Shown here piece after piece: positions 26,983 to 39,462 of a stretch of 64,000 bases of DNA. The stretch comes from Paragordius varius (taxonomy: Eukaryota; Animalia; Nematomorpha), in the NCBI GenBank assembly GCA_964247055.1, contig OZ176052.1, positions 7,440,001 to 7,504,000 of the forward strand, given 5' to 3'. Both the position numbers and the translations under genes were made by a program. Positions within the stretch are counted from its first letter, which is position 1, and every line of letters starts with the position of its first letter. A model generated the notes under the pieces. That model was not told the DNA's origin, did not search any database, and was given only the letters and a program-made list of their open reading frames with translations.

Positions 26983-27579
26983 TCATAAAATATCGTTGTG
27001 TTGGGGTTTTACCATATCAAACAATCGGGGATCCTTTAAATATTGTGGTAATTTATAGTTGAATGGGAGAAAACCTAAAATAAATATATTTATTAATAAT
27101 TGAAAAAAAAAGATTTATCGTTTCCAATATAATTTTTATTTATATAGTTTATATTGGATATCCAATCAAATAATGAAATAACAAATCTGTTCATTAAGCA
27201 TGGCCATAAAATTATTTGAATCATGATAATAAAAAACGCATCGATAATTTTTTAAAATATATTTTACATACAAAATTTTTGGGCCATTCTTATAGCTTTT
27301 GAAACTTGCGCTTGTTGATAGGCGCATAATCCTGTATATTTTTGACCATAGATTCTTCCTGTGAATGGAGACAAAAATTGGCTAATTAATCGTACATTCT
27401 GAATTTTAAAGAAAAAAAACTTTATATGACACTGTAATGTTGTTTTTGCATAAAAAGCATTCTAAGGGTTTTTGTTCATATGGATCAGGAAGGATTGTAG
27501 AAACCGAAGGTGCTTTTAAGTTTATATGGCGAAAAACGTGATTATTATTGAATTTAATAAGCATCTGTTTGCGTACCAT
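26983..27579 (-). CDS. MRPS18C: Mitochondrial ribosomal protein S18c
   Basis: Exons 27579-27421, 27398-27272, 27074-26983: [51 protein letters not shown]. Confidence 0.88.
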
Positions 27580-27689
27580 TAGTAAAAACAGATGTATTTT
27601 TTTAATAAATTTATTTTCAAAATAGACCAATTGTAATAACTAATATTAAATTTTAGTAAAAATATAAAAAAATTCACGCTGTTTGTAAA

Positions 27690-29580
27690 TTTATAGTTGC
27701 TTTGCGCAAAATCTTGGGCATTGAAAACATCCCAATGAAATATATCTATATATTTATAAAAATGGAAAGTGATGACTTTCTGAATTGTTTCCGGAATACC
27801 GGTAGACCCATTCAAATCCAAATGTCGAATAAATACAATCATTAATGAATGCTCCGACAATAGCTTTGCTTTTTTTGAATTAGGCCCCCAGTTCGGGTTC
27901 ACCCCGTGTAAACGGGTTTTTTGAAAACACAAGTCCACAAAAATCGTGTCTTTGAGACAATTTTCTGGAAAACATGTTGGACAATTCGATTTCAAATATG
28001 ATTTATTTTTACTTATTTTCGATTGCGCCGAATATAGTCGGCTCGCTATTTTAATTTAGGCCCTCTTTCCGCTCCCCCCGTAAAATGTTATTTTTTTAAA
28101 AAAACTTAGTCCACAAAAATAATTTCTAAATTTATGTATCCACCTAGGTATAAGATCGTAAAAACTCAATGAGGATTCCATGTTTCCTGTTAAAAAGCAA
28201 AATTAATCATGCGTTTTTTTAATATTGGCTGCTGGGTAAGGAGATACCCGTTAAAAACTGCTCCGGCATACCGAAATAGCGTGTCTTTGAGGGTAAATTT
28301 TAGAAAACCTATCGGGCCATATGAGTTCAATAGGTGCTTAAAATTACCTGTAAAGCAAATATTTAGGTCGTGTATTTTAAATTAGCGAATTAGGCCCTTA
28401 ACGACCTGAAAAATGCGCCACCATAGAATGATTTTTTAGTTTTATGACAATTTTTTCAAAATTAATGAGGGCATATGGAATCAATCATGATTCCAGGTAT
28501 TCTCCGTAAAATGGCAAAAAAATGCGCTTTTTTGTATCAGTTTCTGGGTAGGGAGCTACCCCTAAAACTGCGCCACCATTTTGAGATTGTTTTGTTTAAT
28601 TTTCAGTAAACTTATCAGGCCACACAAGTTTAATAAGGGCCTGAAATATTACCCGTAAAAAGGCAAATTTAAGTCGATATGTTTTTTTAAATTAGCCGTT
28701 AATTAGGCCATTTACGTCCTAAAAATGAGCTATCATTGAAATATTATTTAGTTTTGAAGCCATTCTTCCAAAAACTATTAAGAACATAAGGAATGATTAA
28801 TGATTCCAGGTATTCCCCCATAAAGGCAAAATTTTTTATCGAACGTCTTTTATATTGGCCTCTATGTAGGGGGGCTAACCCCCTATGCTGCACCACAATA
28901 TCGATACAGCGTGACTTTGGAGGCAAATTTAGTATCAGGCGATATAAGTTCACTAAGGGCTTGAAATATTTCCTGTAAAAAGGCAAATATTTTAGTAGAG
29001 CGGTTCCCTTTAATTAGGATCTTGCCCTAAAAATGCGCCACAATAGAAGACTTTTTGGTTTTGATGCAATTTTTCGAAAATCCCACAAGAGCATATTATC
29101 AATCATGATTCCAGGCATTACCCGAATTAAGACAAAAATATTGATCGAGCGTTTTTTGTTTTGCCCCTGGTTAGGGGGCTACCCGCGTAAAACTGCACCT
29201 TCCCCTCGGTTAGAAGCTACTCGCCAAAAACTGCGCCTTTATATAGAAATTGCGTTGTTTTGGAGCTAATTTACAAAAAATTTATGAAGCCATACGAGCT
29301 CATTAAAAACTTGAAGTATTACCCGTAACTACGTAAAAATATCAGGCGTTTTTTATTAGCTTTTAATTTGGGGCTTATATGCCCTAAATATACGCCATTA
29401 TATAACGATTATTTAGTGTTGAGATATTTTTTAGAATAACCCATGAGTAGATGGTATCAAATTCCAAATAATTGTCCTATAAAGGCAAAATATTTAACTT
29501 AGCGCTTTTTCCATAATGGGTAGGGGAGACGCCATACAAAAATGGCGTGGTTTTGGAGCTAATTTTTAAAAACTTAAGAA
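27690..29580. repeat. Degenerate tandem array, about six units of ~310 bp
   Basis: Recurring motifs ATGATTCCAGG(T/C)ATT, GGGG(G)CTACCC and AAAACTGCGCC near 27840, 28170, 28485, 28800, 29105 and 29460. Confidence 0.7.
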
Positions 29581-30139
29581 ATACGAGTTTAGTTAAACTC
29601 ATTTCTGAAGAATTTGTATAATATCATTCTTTCCATTAAAAAAGGACCAAAAAGGATTTATTTTTTATATCCTTTTCCCATCTGTGTGAACACAATTTTA
29701 AAATAATACTTTTAACCGTAATTTAGTAAAAAAATCTTCAAATAAATCCAATGATAGTTGATTATTAACTTTAATAAGGGAGAGTTTAAATATGGTCAAT
29801 TTCGAGTAAATAATATTTGAGCTTATGCCAAAACCTGTAAAAGAGTAATTAAAGATATTCTTTTTATTAAATATGTTTATTATTATTATTTTTTTTATCT
29901 CCATTACCTCTATTTATTGCAAATTATTAAGAATAATTATCGGTGAGACTACGTCACAGCGAGCGTGACAGGGCCAGCTATTATTTCGATACATAAATAT
30001 TATGTGAGCATATAGACTGTTTTTCGGCAGTACAGTACAGGGTTTTCCAACAAAAATAACAAACAGCTGATATTAAAAATAAATATATATCCAGTTTTAG
30101 CTAGTAAAATGTAGCATCAAAGCGCTTTCAAGTTAATTA

Positions 30140-31800
30140 TTTACAGTTTTTAATCCTAATATACATTTATTTGCCTGTTGCATTAGAGATCAAAAAACTA
30201 CTTATGAAAATGGCGGCGAAAAAGTTTAGGATGAAAATTTATTATAATTTCACATTTTTTTCAGAAGTTTTTTGTATAATGCGCTTAGGCTCCTCCTTAT
30301 CTTAAATATTAAAGTTATTCAAATTTTAAATCATTTTGGGTTATAAAACACCCCAAAGTGTAATGGGGTGTTAATGACTTTTTATTTATACAAAAGAATT
30401 ATATTGAAATCGATAGAGTACCCTCTGTTAACACTTTATGACCGTTGGTGGGCAGGTAATTATTTTAGGTTCGATCCGTTGGAAATTAATATAACAAGTT
30501 CACTTTTCTCTTTTCCATGCTATTTTCTTTAATTTAATAAATAAGTGACGTTTTTACTTCACAGTGTCCAACCATCTAAACATTGGTCTTCCTTTTTTTC
30601 CTTCTAGTTGTGTACTATACGCGTAAACTTTCTTCATATTATAGTTCCCATTAAGCTACTATCGATTATTAATTTTTATCGTATTGTTTCATTATTGTAA
30701 AACAACCTTATATTCATTTTAAATACCACTTTTAGTTGGAATCTTTTTTTATCATTAAGTATAAGTCGTTACTGGAAAAACCATGATTACTCTTACTTTT
30801 CACAGTGAGATCTTTACTTGCCCTTGTGCGATGTTTAGTATCTGGCTAAAAGGAGCCGTTTATCTATTAGAGAGCCCAAGAATTTGATTTCAGGCAATTT
30901 AAATATCTTAATAAATATTTTTAGCATCTTAGCATGCGAAAAAAATATATTTAGAAAATTGTAAAAAATCCTCATCTCAAATCGCCGCCATTTTTTCCTT
31001 AATTTTATTACCACTTCATTTTTCACTTTTTTGGCCTAGTTTACCTTTTGAAGTAGTTTTATATCCCAGAGTAAATTTTGTAAATAAACTACATCTTTGG
31101 TTATTTTAGTTAAAATTAAATTGCATTGTTATCATATATGAGATAAGAAAGCTTATATTTTTACAGTTTTGTGACAACTTGAGCCCAAAATTGGAATAGC
31201 TCCAAAACACGATTAATGAATAGCTCATAATCAAATATATTAAATCTCTGCTGGTGAAATGTAGCCTGAAAGCGTCTTAAACATTTATAATAAACATTTA
31301 TTTGCCTGTTTAGCGATTTAAAAAAAAATATAGAAAAAAATGGCGGCAAAAAAGTTTGAAGTGAGAATTTTTTCTATATTTTTTTAAATAATTTTTTAAT
31401 ATGTTTCTTAAAGATTAAAGGAAGCATATTATATTCGTAATACATAATAAAGTATAACTTAAAATGGCTCTGCAAAATAAAACTGCCCCAAAAAGTAATC
31501 TAGTGGTAAATCGTGAATACAACACGCAAATAAATGTATATTATGTTTATATGTAATTAATTAAAAAGCATTCAGGCTATATTTAACCCGCAAAAACTAG
31601 ATACATTTTGATTTTAATGCCAGTTAAATCGTGTTTTGAAGCTGTCTTAGACTCTAAAAGTCACACTGTAATAAATATACACTTTTTTACCTAATACATG
31701 AAAACAATGGTTAGTAATTAAATTTCTAAAATAACTAAAATAGTGGCTCATTAATATAATTGAGCTCTGATATAAAACATCCCCAATATATACATTAGGA
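30140..31800. repeat. Cluster of old interspersed repeat fragments (AAAATGGCGGC-AAAAAGTTT family)
   Basis: Related segments at ~30140-30400, 30830-31060 (inverted), 31240-31800 and 11540-11960; boundaries approximate. Confidence 0.5.
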
Positions 31801-32520
31801 CAAAAAAGTGAAAAGTTAATGAAGTGTTAAAGCGTACCGTTTGCCTCAAAATAGTATGAAATACGCTTAAACAAAATATGCTATAAATTAAATTTTAAAT
31901 ATAATATCCATTTTTTCGGAAAAATTTTTATTTGATGACAAAATTTAGCATATATTTAAAAGAGTAAATTTTGGGGTTTTCGGAGCTCACACCTACAAAT
32001 TAAAATATTGTTATTTTTTATATGCAGTTTATGATATATTTTAGGGGTTTTGGATTCACCAATTCAACAAAATGTGCGCAAATTACTCCATTTGACATGG
32101 AACAGTTTCTTAAAAGTGTGTTACTTATACCACTCGTAAGGGCCAAAATTAAAATCACGCTAATAATCCTGGTAATTTTCGTATGAGAATATCTATACTT
32201 CATCAGGATATATTTTATACGCATTGAGATGGTAAAAAACACCTTAAAATATATAAATCACTTTTCCTTTGATTAAATGATGCTTAGCGTTTATAACCTC
32301 AAAATTTTAAGTCTATTTTTCGTTTTTAAAATTAAAATAAAACGTTACTTTACTCATATTTCAGCATATATTAAACATTCTGAGGTGAAAATATTTAGTA
32401 TATTCAATTTATAAAGAATAAGTGTATTTTATAACAATTTATTTTCATAAAGAATGGATTTTTTAGATAATATTTGTTAATAATCTATGATATATTTCGG
32501 ATTCTTGTCGCAAAATCGTA

Positions 32521-32592
32521 TTTGAGATTTTCGGCGCCGACATTAAAATTAAAATATTTGAGATTTTCGGCGCCGATCTTAAGATTAAAATT
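32521..32592. repeat. Two-copy 36-bp tandem duplication
   Basis: TTTGAGATTTTCGGCGCCGA..TTAA(A/G)ATTAAAAT occurs twice. Confidence 0.8.
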
Positions 32593-33658
32593 TTATAAAA
32601 ACTTTGCTTTGCTTTTTAAGGTGAACAAAATAAGGGGTTATGCTGATGAAATAAATATATTCTGATAAATGAATTCAGGACTCGTGTGATACTTTTGTTT
32701 ATAAGCGTTAAAAGTAATTTAAAAAATTTACACTTTTATGGTAATTGCTTTACACCGAAAAATTAAAAAAAAATACTCACATTACACTGTGCACAAAATT
32801 GGGGGCTGTAGAAAATATCTTAATGAAATGCAATAAATTTATTAGGATTCTCATAGTGCTTTTAATTTTTGTAATATAAACAAAGTTTTGCATTTTATAA
32901 TACATATATATTTAAAAAAACTGTCGCCGCGTTAGATGTTTTAAAGCAATATTTAATTTTTAATACCCTTAAACAAAGTTATAGTCCGACCCCTAAGAGT
33001 ATAAGGTCAATGCTGAGTCAGACGTAGAGTTTATTTTAAAATCTTATATTTGGTGCCAAAAATATGTTTATTTGCTTTGGGATATTGCAATCAGCAACTG
33101 TCGACGTTACCACTTCGTACGACCATGTTATCAGCCATATGGGACGCTAACCCCGAAACAATATCCATCAAATACGAGATTCGAACCAAAACTCAACTTC
33201 AGTCCAAACTGAAGATTGGTATAACCAGTCCTCTCAAATATCTGCGGTAAATTGCAGGATGATGTCGTTTTCACCACATTTAAATAGAAATTACTTGCGC
33301 CATAATAATAATCGTAAGCGCCAAATTACAAGATCAGGACGCATCCACTAGGCATAGAAGTACGCAACAGGGTGGATTATATCATCGTTAGGGACGAAAG
33401 CAGTTTTATGTGGCCGATGAGGGTTTCAAAACTAATGCCCCAAAGTTGAAACAAGGCTGTTAATGGAAATTGCATAACAAGTGTGCCAGAAAAAAGGGAG
33501 TCAACGCAAACATATGGCAAATCATATGTCGTGACCCATTCCACCAATAGTGTTCGGTGAATGATATTTTACAGGCCGTATCCGAATGAGACGTCAAGCA
33601 ATCTTCAAGCTGTATGCGCCCTAAATGTAAAATTTTGTGGCCCAGAAATATATACACA

Positions 33659-36176
33659 TCAGGTGTAAAGGTTTAACTATGAAAAGACGTCAACGAAAAG
33701 TATGCAGTCGATTTATACACAGGCGCCAATTTGTGGATATGACACTGTTATCTTTTAAGATAAAGAGATAATATAAGAAATGTGAAAATGAACTGAATTT
33801 ATTCGGTTTTTGTAGGGTTTATATATAATTTAAGTTGCACATATTTTGAATTATAACATTAAAATTTCAAGTAACAAAGATTATAATATTTACATATTAC
33901 ACAAAAAATATAGAAAATAATACAATTCAAATAACGGTGAAAGTTATGATATGTATTTCACATTTGCATGTAACCCATAGAATTATGATATAAAAATAAA
34001 GTATATCTTCCAGATTTGCATAACATCACTTCCCCCTTAAGAGAACCGGACCGGCTTTCGCCGAATTCTCTCGGGGTAGCGACGCTCGTGCGGATTTTCA
34101 TTGATATTGTCATTATTGCTATTAATGTTATCATTACTACTTTTTTGAGTGACCGGTGTCGTTAAGTTGGCGGTGTGTCGACGAATCTTGGTTTGAAAGA
34201 TAACATCCTATGTTATGTGTGTCGACGTGTTTCATTTGATCTCTGCCTCATGCCACCCTAGACCATTTCTTTTAAACTGGTCCAGGCGCACTGAAATACT
34301 ATCGGCGCTGTAAGAAATCTGAACAGTGTCCTTTTGTAACTGACACATCCTCTTATTGTTGAAATCGTCGAGGGTGTTGCTTTAGCTCGGCCTGAGGAGG
34401 TAGGCGTCTTACCGATCAATCTTATTACAAGCTTGTCCGCGCCAATCTTACTTACCCATCCATCAACTGTTGAATGATGTGGGAGTCCTCCCCAGCCATT
34501 TGTTGATAATGATTCCAAAGTCGCTATAGATTCTTAGCCCGTTCGCTTTCAGGGCACTGGCGGTTGAACATATTTTTGGCAGTGTTTTTTTTTCTACATT
34601 AGCGAAGTGGTTGGGTTTTCCGCATTTGCAATTGCGGTTCCAGGCGGGACATTTGTTTATGAACACTCCCATCCCTTACGCGAATTTGTCAGAGGTTTTG
34701 ATTGTGATCGATTAAAATTATTACCATTGCTATAATTGGTATTATCATTATATTGTTTACTGGACATGCTGGTGATATTGGAAATTGACATTGTCATGGT
34801 TGTTGCACTTTGGACTCTATCTCCACCATCAGAGTTTGGAACCCGGAGGTTCCGCTGTTGTGTTAGATTAGTTGTTAGATTAGTTCGGTACTCGAATTGG
34901 CTACCAATGTTATCTTGGTAGATAAAAAGATAATATAAGAAATGTGAAAATGAACTGAATTTATTCGGTTTTTGTAGGGTTTATATATAATTTAAGTTGC
35001 ACATATTTTGAATTATAACATTAAAATTTCAAACAAAGATTATAATATTTACATATCACACAAAAAATATAGAAAATAATACAATTCAAATAACGGTGAA
35101 AGTTATGATATGTATTTCACATTTGCATGTAACCCATAGAATTATGATATAAAAATAAAGTATATCTTCCAGATTTGCATAACAGACACTAAACTACAAA
35201 GGCACACAAGTTCAGTGTGCCAAAAACTATCTTTATTTTATCATTCAGTAATCATGTCGAGTTTCGTGCCTGAATTAGAACATTGCGGCGCTCATTGCTC
35301 TTCTTAGTTTGTGCTGAAAGTTCGTTTGCTGGTAGAGACATAAGGTGAACATGCTCCAATGTGAAACATGGTTTTGAAAATTTTGATGTGAAAATAGTGG
35401 GTGTTTCGGTTTACATAACTGCTAAGAAAATTATTTCCAAGAACTATTGGATGACTCAACTTCACATCAGCAATTGACAGAAACCATCCCCGTAAAAAAC
35501 AATCAATAGTCTGTGAGCAATCGAAAGGCCAATATTTTTTGTAAATGGATCCCACACAATTTTGGATGTAAAATCGAAAATCGCAAAATGAGTTGTGAAA
35601 TCCTTCTTCTACGTCAAAAAAGGAAATTCAATCGAATAGTGATGGATGATGAAAAATGATATCGCTTCATGAATCCAAAGGGGAAAATCGTAATTTTCAC
35701 CTTGTCAAGTTCGTTAAAAACCTGACCAAATTGATATGGAGAGAAGCTTGTGATATTCTAGTAAAACCGTGTACATAACGCTATCGTAAACAAATTACAT
35801 AAATTATTAAAAACGACCGGAATGAATCAGAATTCGTGACAAAGTGATTTTGATTAGCAATGCGCCGCTTTATACAGCAAAACGAGAAAAATAAAATTTA
35901 AATCCGTCGATGGGAAATTAAATGTATCCGCCGTACTCTCCTGACCTAACGCCAACTCTTACCTCTTAGTATCAATGTGCTCTCGTTGAACCACATTTAA
36001 ATATTTTGGAAAACGTTAGAAAATGGTTTGATGAATGGTTTGCTGCAGAAGATCATTTTTCCTGGTATGCACTAACATTTAACATAAGAGAGGTGAGCAA
36101 TTTATAAATAATAGACTTCCTTTTAAAATAACATGTTTTTACCTAAAAACCGATTAATACTTATGATTTCACCTGA
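33659..36176 (+). mobile_element. Degenerate mariner (mauritiana/Mos1-like), interrupted by an LTR element
   Basis: Ends TCAGGTG.. / ..CACCTGA|TA. The transposase relic starts ATG 35254 MSSFVP; later fragments are SCEILLLRQKRKFNRIV-DDEK and YPPYSPDL, with stops and frameshifts. Confidence 0.85.
33746..35184 (-). mobile_element. Miniature non-autonomous Ty3/Gypsy-like LTR retroelement
   Basis: LTRs 33746-34025 and 34908-35184 (TG..CA, few differences); 5-bp TSD GACAC; PBS TGGTAGC; PPT TAAGGGGGAAGTGA. The 882-bp interior has a gag knuckle relic (CPAWNRNCKCGKPNHF) and an RT relic (STIRGCVSYKRTLFRFLTAPIVFQ). Confidence 0.93.
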
Positions 36177-36335
36177 TATAGCGATCTTATTATAATAATA
36201 TAATTGCTATATTATGCTTTGAAATGCTCACACTAGTGCATGCCAAGGCGGGTTACACTTATTTAACGCAACGTGAGTTGAGCGGCAAATCTAATCGGAT
36301 ATACCCTTTGCTAAATATTGGCGAAAGAGCTCTAA

Positions 36336-38764
36336 CAGTAGTACTCAAACCGCGGCCCTTAGAGGGCTTTAAAATTGCCCTATGACATTATTGATACTTA
36401 AATTATTTTTTTTGGTGAATTTTTATAATACACATAAACGAATTTCGCTTATTTTAATATTAATTTTTATTTTCTTTAGATTTAATTTTGGTAATTTCCT
36501 TTTTTACCCAATTTGAAATGTAGAAAAATTTCCTTACATTAAAATGATTGGAAATTTTTGGCACACGTTGTTTCTGTATTCTATTTTCTTTTCTATTGTG
36601 AAATTTTTATTGCATTCCTTTTTTGTATTTAAGCAAGCCTTGCACCCAAACTTGCTACATATTCTTTTCATTGCTATCCTGCATCATTTTTAATAACTCA
36701 TTCCCATAAAATAATTTTAAAATCAACATCATTAAATTACTACCAGCATAATTCGAATTATATTCCTATTTTTTTGAAAAAAATTTACATAATATTTAAA
36801 CATAAATTCAAAGGATGACATCTAATGCTAAAAAACGTAAATTAACCAATGAAAAACCACCCTTAAATAATGGGTAGAAAAATTCTTTGTCGTTTTAAAC
36901 CTTATATGTAAGGAACATTATAAAAAAATACAATAAGACATTTTACAATCCATCATTCTCATAAAATACCAGAAAACCATTAAGAAAGAAACGAAAAATA
37001 TAAAAAGATTAAGAAATTATACCAGAAAGAAAAGTATATTATATCCATAGCTTTTTTCCAGGAAAAAGCTGTAACATTAACTTCGTATGAAATTTTCTTA
37101 TATGATTCCTAACTAATAAAGGAATGTCTAATAAATGGTTGCATTTTTATTTGATAATTCATAATAAAGATCAAATCATGAGGCAAGTTAAAAAACTTCA
37201 ACTTTTTGATTCAACATGTGCTCAACACATTGAAGATATGTCTAAATATATTTTTAACAATACATTATTGGCTCTGAAAAACTGCAATTATTTTAGTATT
37301 GCTATTGATTCTAGCACTGATAATCGTTCAATACCTCAATTTGCGCTCTTGGTGAGATTTAGCAACGACAACATAATCAACAAATATTTATTTTTACCAA
37401 TGAATAATACCACGAAAGGAAGTGATTTTCTGGAAATAATTAGCAATTTTTCGATAATAATGGTATATCTATGAAAAAATTGGTTTTGATCTGCAAAGAT
37501 GGCTGTCCCTCTATGATTGGAAAAATAAAGGATTTAAATTTCTTTGAAAAACAAATATAATTTGCTTTGCACCATATTTATTCTTTCACTGCTTTATTCT
37601 TCAGCAAAACTTGGTTTTGCGCGTAAAAGATGAATCAATCAATTCCGTAAATAAAACGGTTGTGGATATAGTTAACCACATCCGTGGCAGAGAATTTTAC
37701 CGCCGTAAATTTAAAAACCTTCAGAATGATATCCATAGGTTTGATGATATTCTTTTCACCGCTGTGAGATGGCTAAGCCTTATTAAAGTATTAAATAGAT
37801 TTTTTGTTTTAAGTCATGAAATTCTATTATTCATAAAAGATAACAGAAAGTTTGACGAAGAAATTAATAAATGGTGCGTTATTAGCCTACCTTTTGCGAC
37901 ATTACTTTTAAACTTAGAATTTTTAATACAAGTTTTCAAGGGAGCAAAATAATAACCCAATTTGCTGATAAAATATTTACTTTTAAAGAAAAATTAATAA
38001 TATATAAACAAGATTTTATAAATAAAACACTCCATTTTCCAACACTTAAAACGATTCATGAAGAAAATATGGACTTTACCGCGAAGATTATTTTTTAATA
38101 GACAATCATTTAATTTTTACTAATGAGATGAAACTCAGATTTTAAGAACTAAGAAATACAAAAAATTGCTTAAAACTCTTTGAAAATACATGGCATTTGG
38201 ATATATCCAATATTAACAACTTGAGCATTTCGGTTTTGATCAGGCGCATATCATTAAAGAATTCGTAGATTTAAAAAATGATTCCAATTTGGAGGCTATA
38301 TTCAAGGATAGTCGTAGAGAAGAAAGATATGTAGAGTTTTTGCAAGATGTGCCAAATAATATGAAAATATAAAATGTGCTTAAGTTATCCTAACTGTTTT
38401 TCCCTCCATTTACACGTGTGAGACGGCATATTCAAAAATGAAGTATGTTAAGAATACATACAGAAATCGCTTAGCCGATCATCATATGGACGACGTATTA
38501 AGATTGGCCTGTCATGAGGCGAAACCAAATTTGTCAAAATATTGGTTAATATCAAAATATTTTAATTTTTTAAACTATATGGTGCAGAACGAGTTTTTAG
38601 CTAGATTTACATGACATCCGCAAAAAATTCATTGTGCTGATTTATAGTATAAATATGTGCATAAGTGTCAAATAGCTATGGAATTCCCATTATAAGGTTC
38701 ATGACCCTCGAAAAAAGAAATATATTTTATTTGGCCCTTCAAATTTTTTTGGTGAGTACCACTG
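36336..38764 (+). mobile_element. Degenerate hAT (Buster/Charlie/SPIN-type) transposon, copy 2
   Basis: Ends CAGTAGTACTCA / TGAGTACCACTG; transposase fragments 37124-37474 (FSIAIDSSTD) and 37611-37952 (TAVRWLS); same family as 20634-22763, opposite orientation; TSD not clean. Confidence 0.88.
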
Positions 38765-38823
38765 CTCTATATTATCATACAAGCTAAAAAAAATCATCAG
38801 ACAAAAATAATTAAAATATAATT

Positions 38824-39446
38824 TTACGTATCATTTATTTTTTTACTTAAAATTGTATAACAAGTTGAATTTAAGGGTGGGTTTGATTCATCGGGTCTAA
38901 ATTTACAATGATTAATATAAAAATTCAAAGCCTTTGTGCAGATATTTAATACCGTAAGAACAATTTTTTGCATTTTAGTCACCAAAGCAATGTATTCTAT
39001 TTTTTTCATCAATTCATATCCGATCCCCAAGGCCTGATATTCGGTTATTATTTGTAGTTCGTAACTAAAATAATAAATATATTTTACCAATATAAAACAT
39101 CAAATCCATAATCGATATCAAATCGAAAATGGACGAATCCAATAAGCATACTATTATCATATACTAATAAGTAACGAGAATCTTGATGAAATAATTCTTT
39201 TATTTTTTCCGTTTCTGACCAACCCCATGTGGAATCGTAAAAACTCTTCATATTTATTTCAATTATTTCAAAAATTATTTTCCTCTGTTCATGTTGCAGA
39301 TTTTTTGCCCAGATAAAACTCACATCGTATATCTTACTGTAATTAAAATTATATAACTTTAAGTTAATATATGGTGAATCAACCAAAACATTCTGAGCCG
39401 ATATTTTTTTTGCATTTTTGATTTTTGCGGAGATTTTTTTGGGCAT
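38824..39446 (-). CDS. NAA40: N-alpha-acetyltransferase 40 (NatD), 199 aa
   Basis: Exons 39446-39088 and 39064-38824: NMKSFYDSTWGWSETEKIKEL..GFVHFRFDIDYGFDVLYC|YELQI..QALGIG..KIVLTVL. Confidence 0.9.
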
Positions 39447-39462
39447 TCGTTCATTAATAATT

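Noticed and set aside
27579-27995. 138-aa minus-strand ORF as an upstream MRPS18C exon or separate gene
   Set aside because: It runs through the first unit of the degenerate tandem array and shows no protein-like motifs.
29941-29982. GTCAC/GTGAC hairpin followed by CTAT as a Helitron 3' end, or a CRE-like site
   Set aside because: Stem is only 5 bp, the terminus is not CTRR, and I found no matching 5' end or second copy.
33000-33650. GC-richer segment with short ORFs (33050-33250, 33460-33657)
   Set aside because: No recognisable domain; probably a decayed TE, but I cannot assign it.
37124-37952. Domesticated hAT-derived gene (GTF2IRD2/ZBED-like)
   Set aside because: Multiple frameshifts and stops, TIRs retained, and a second decayed copy in the window.
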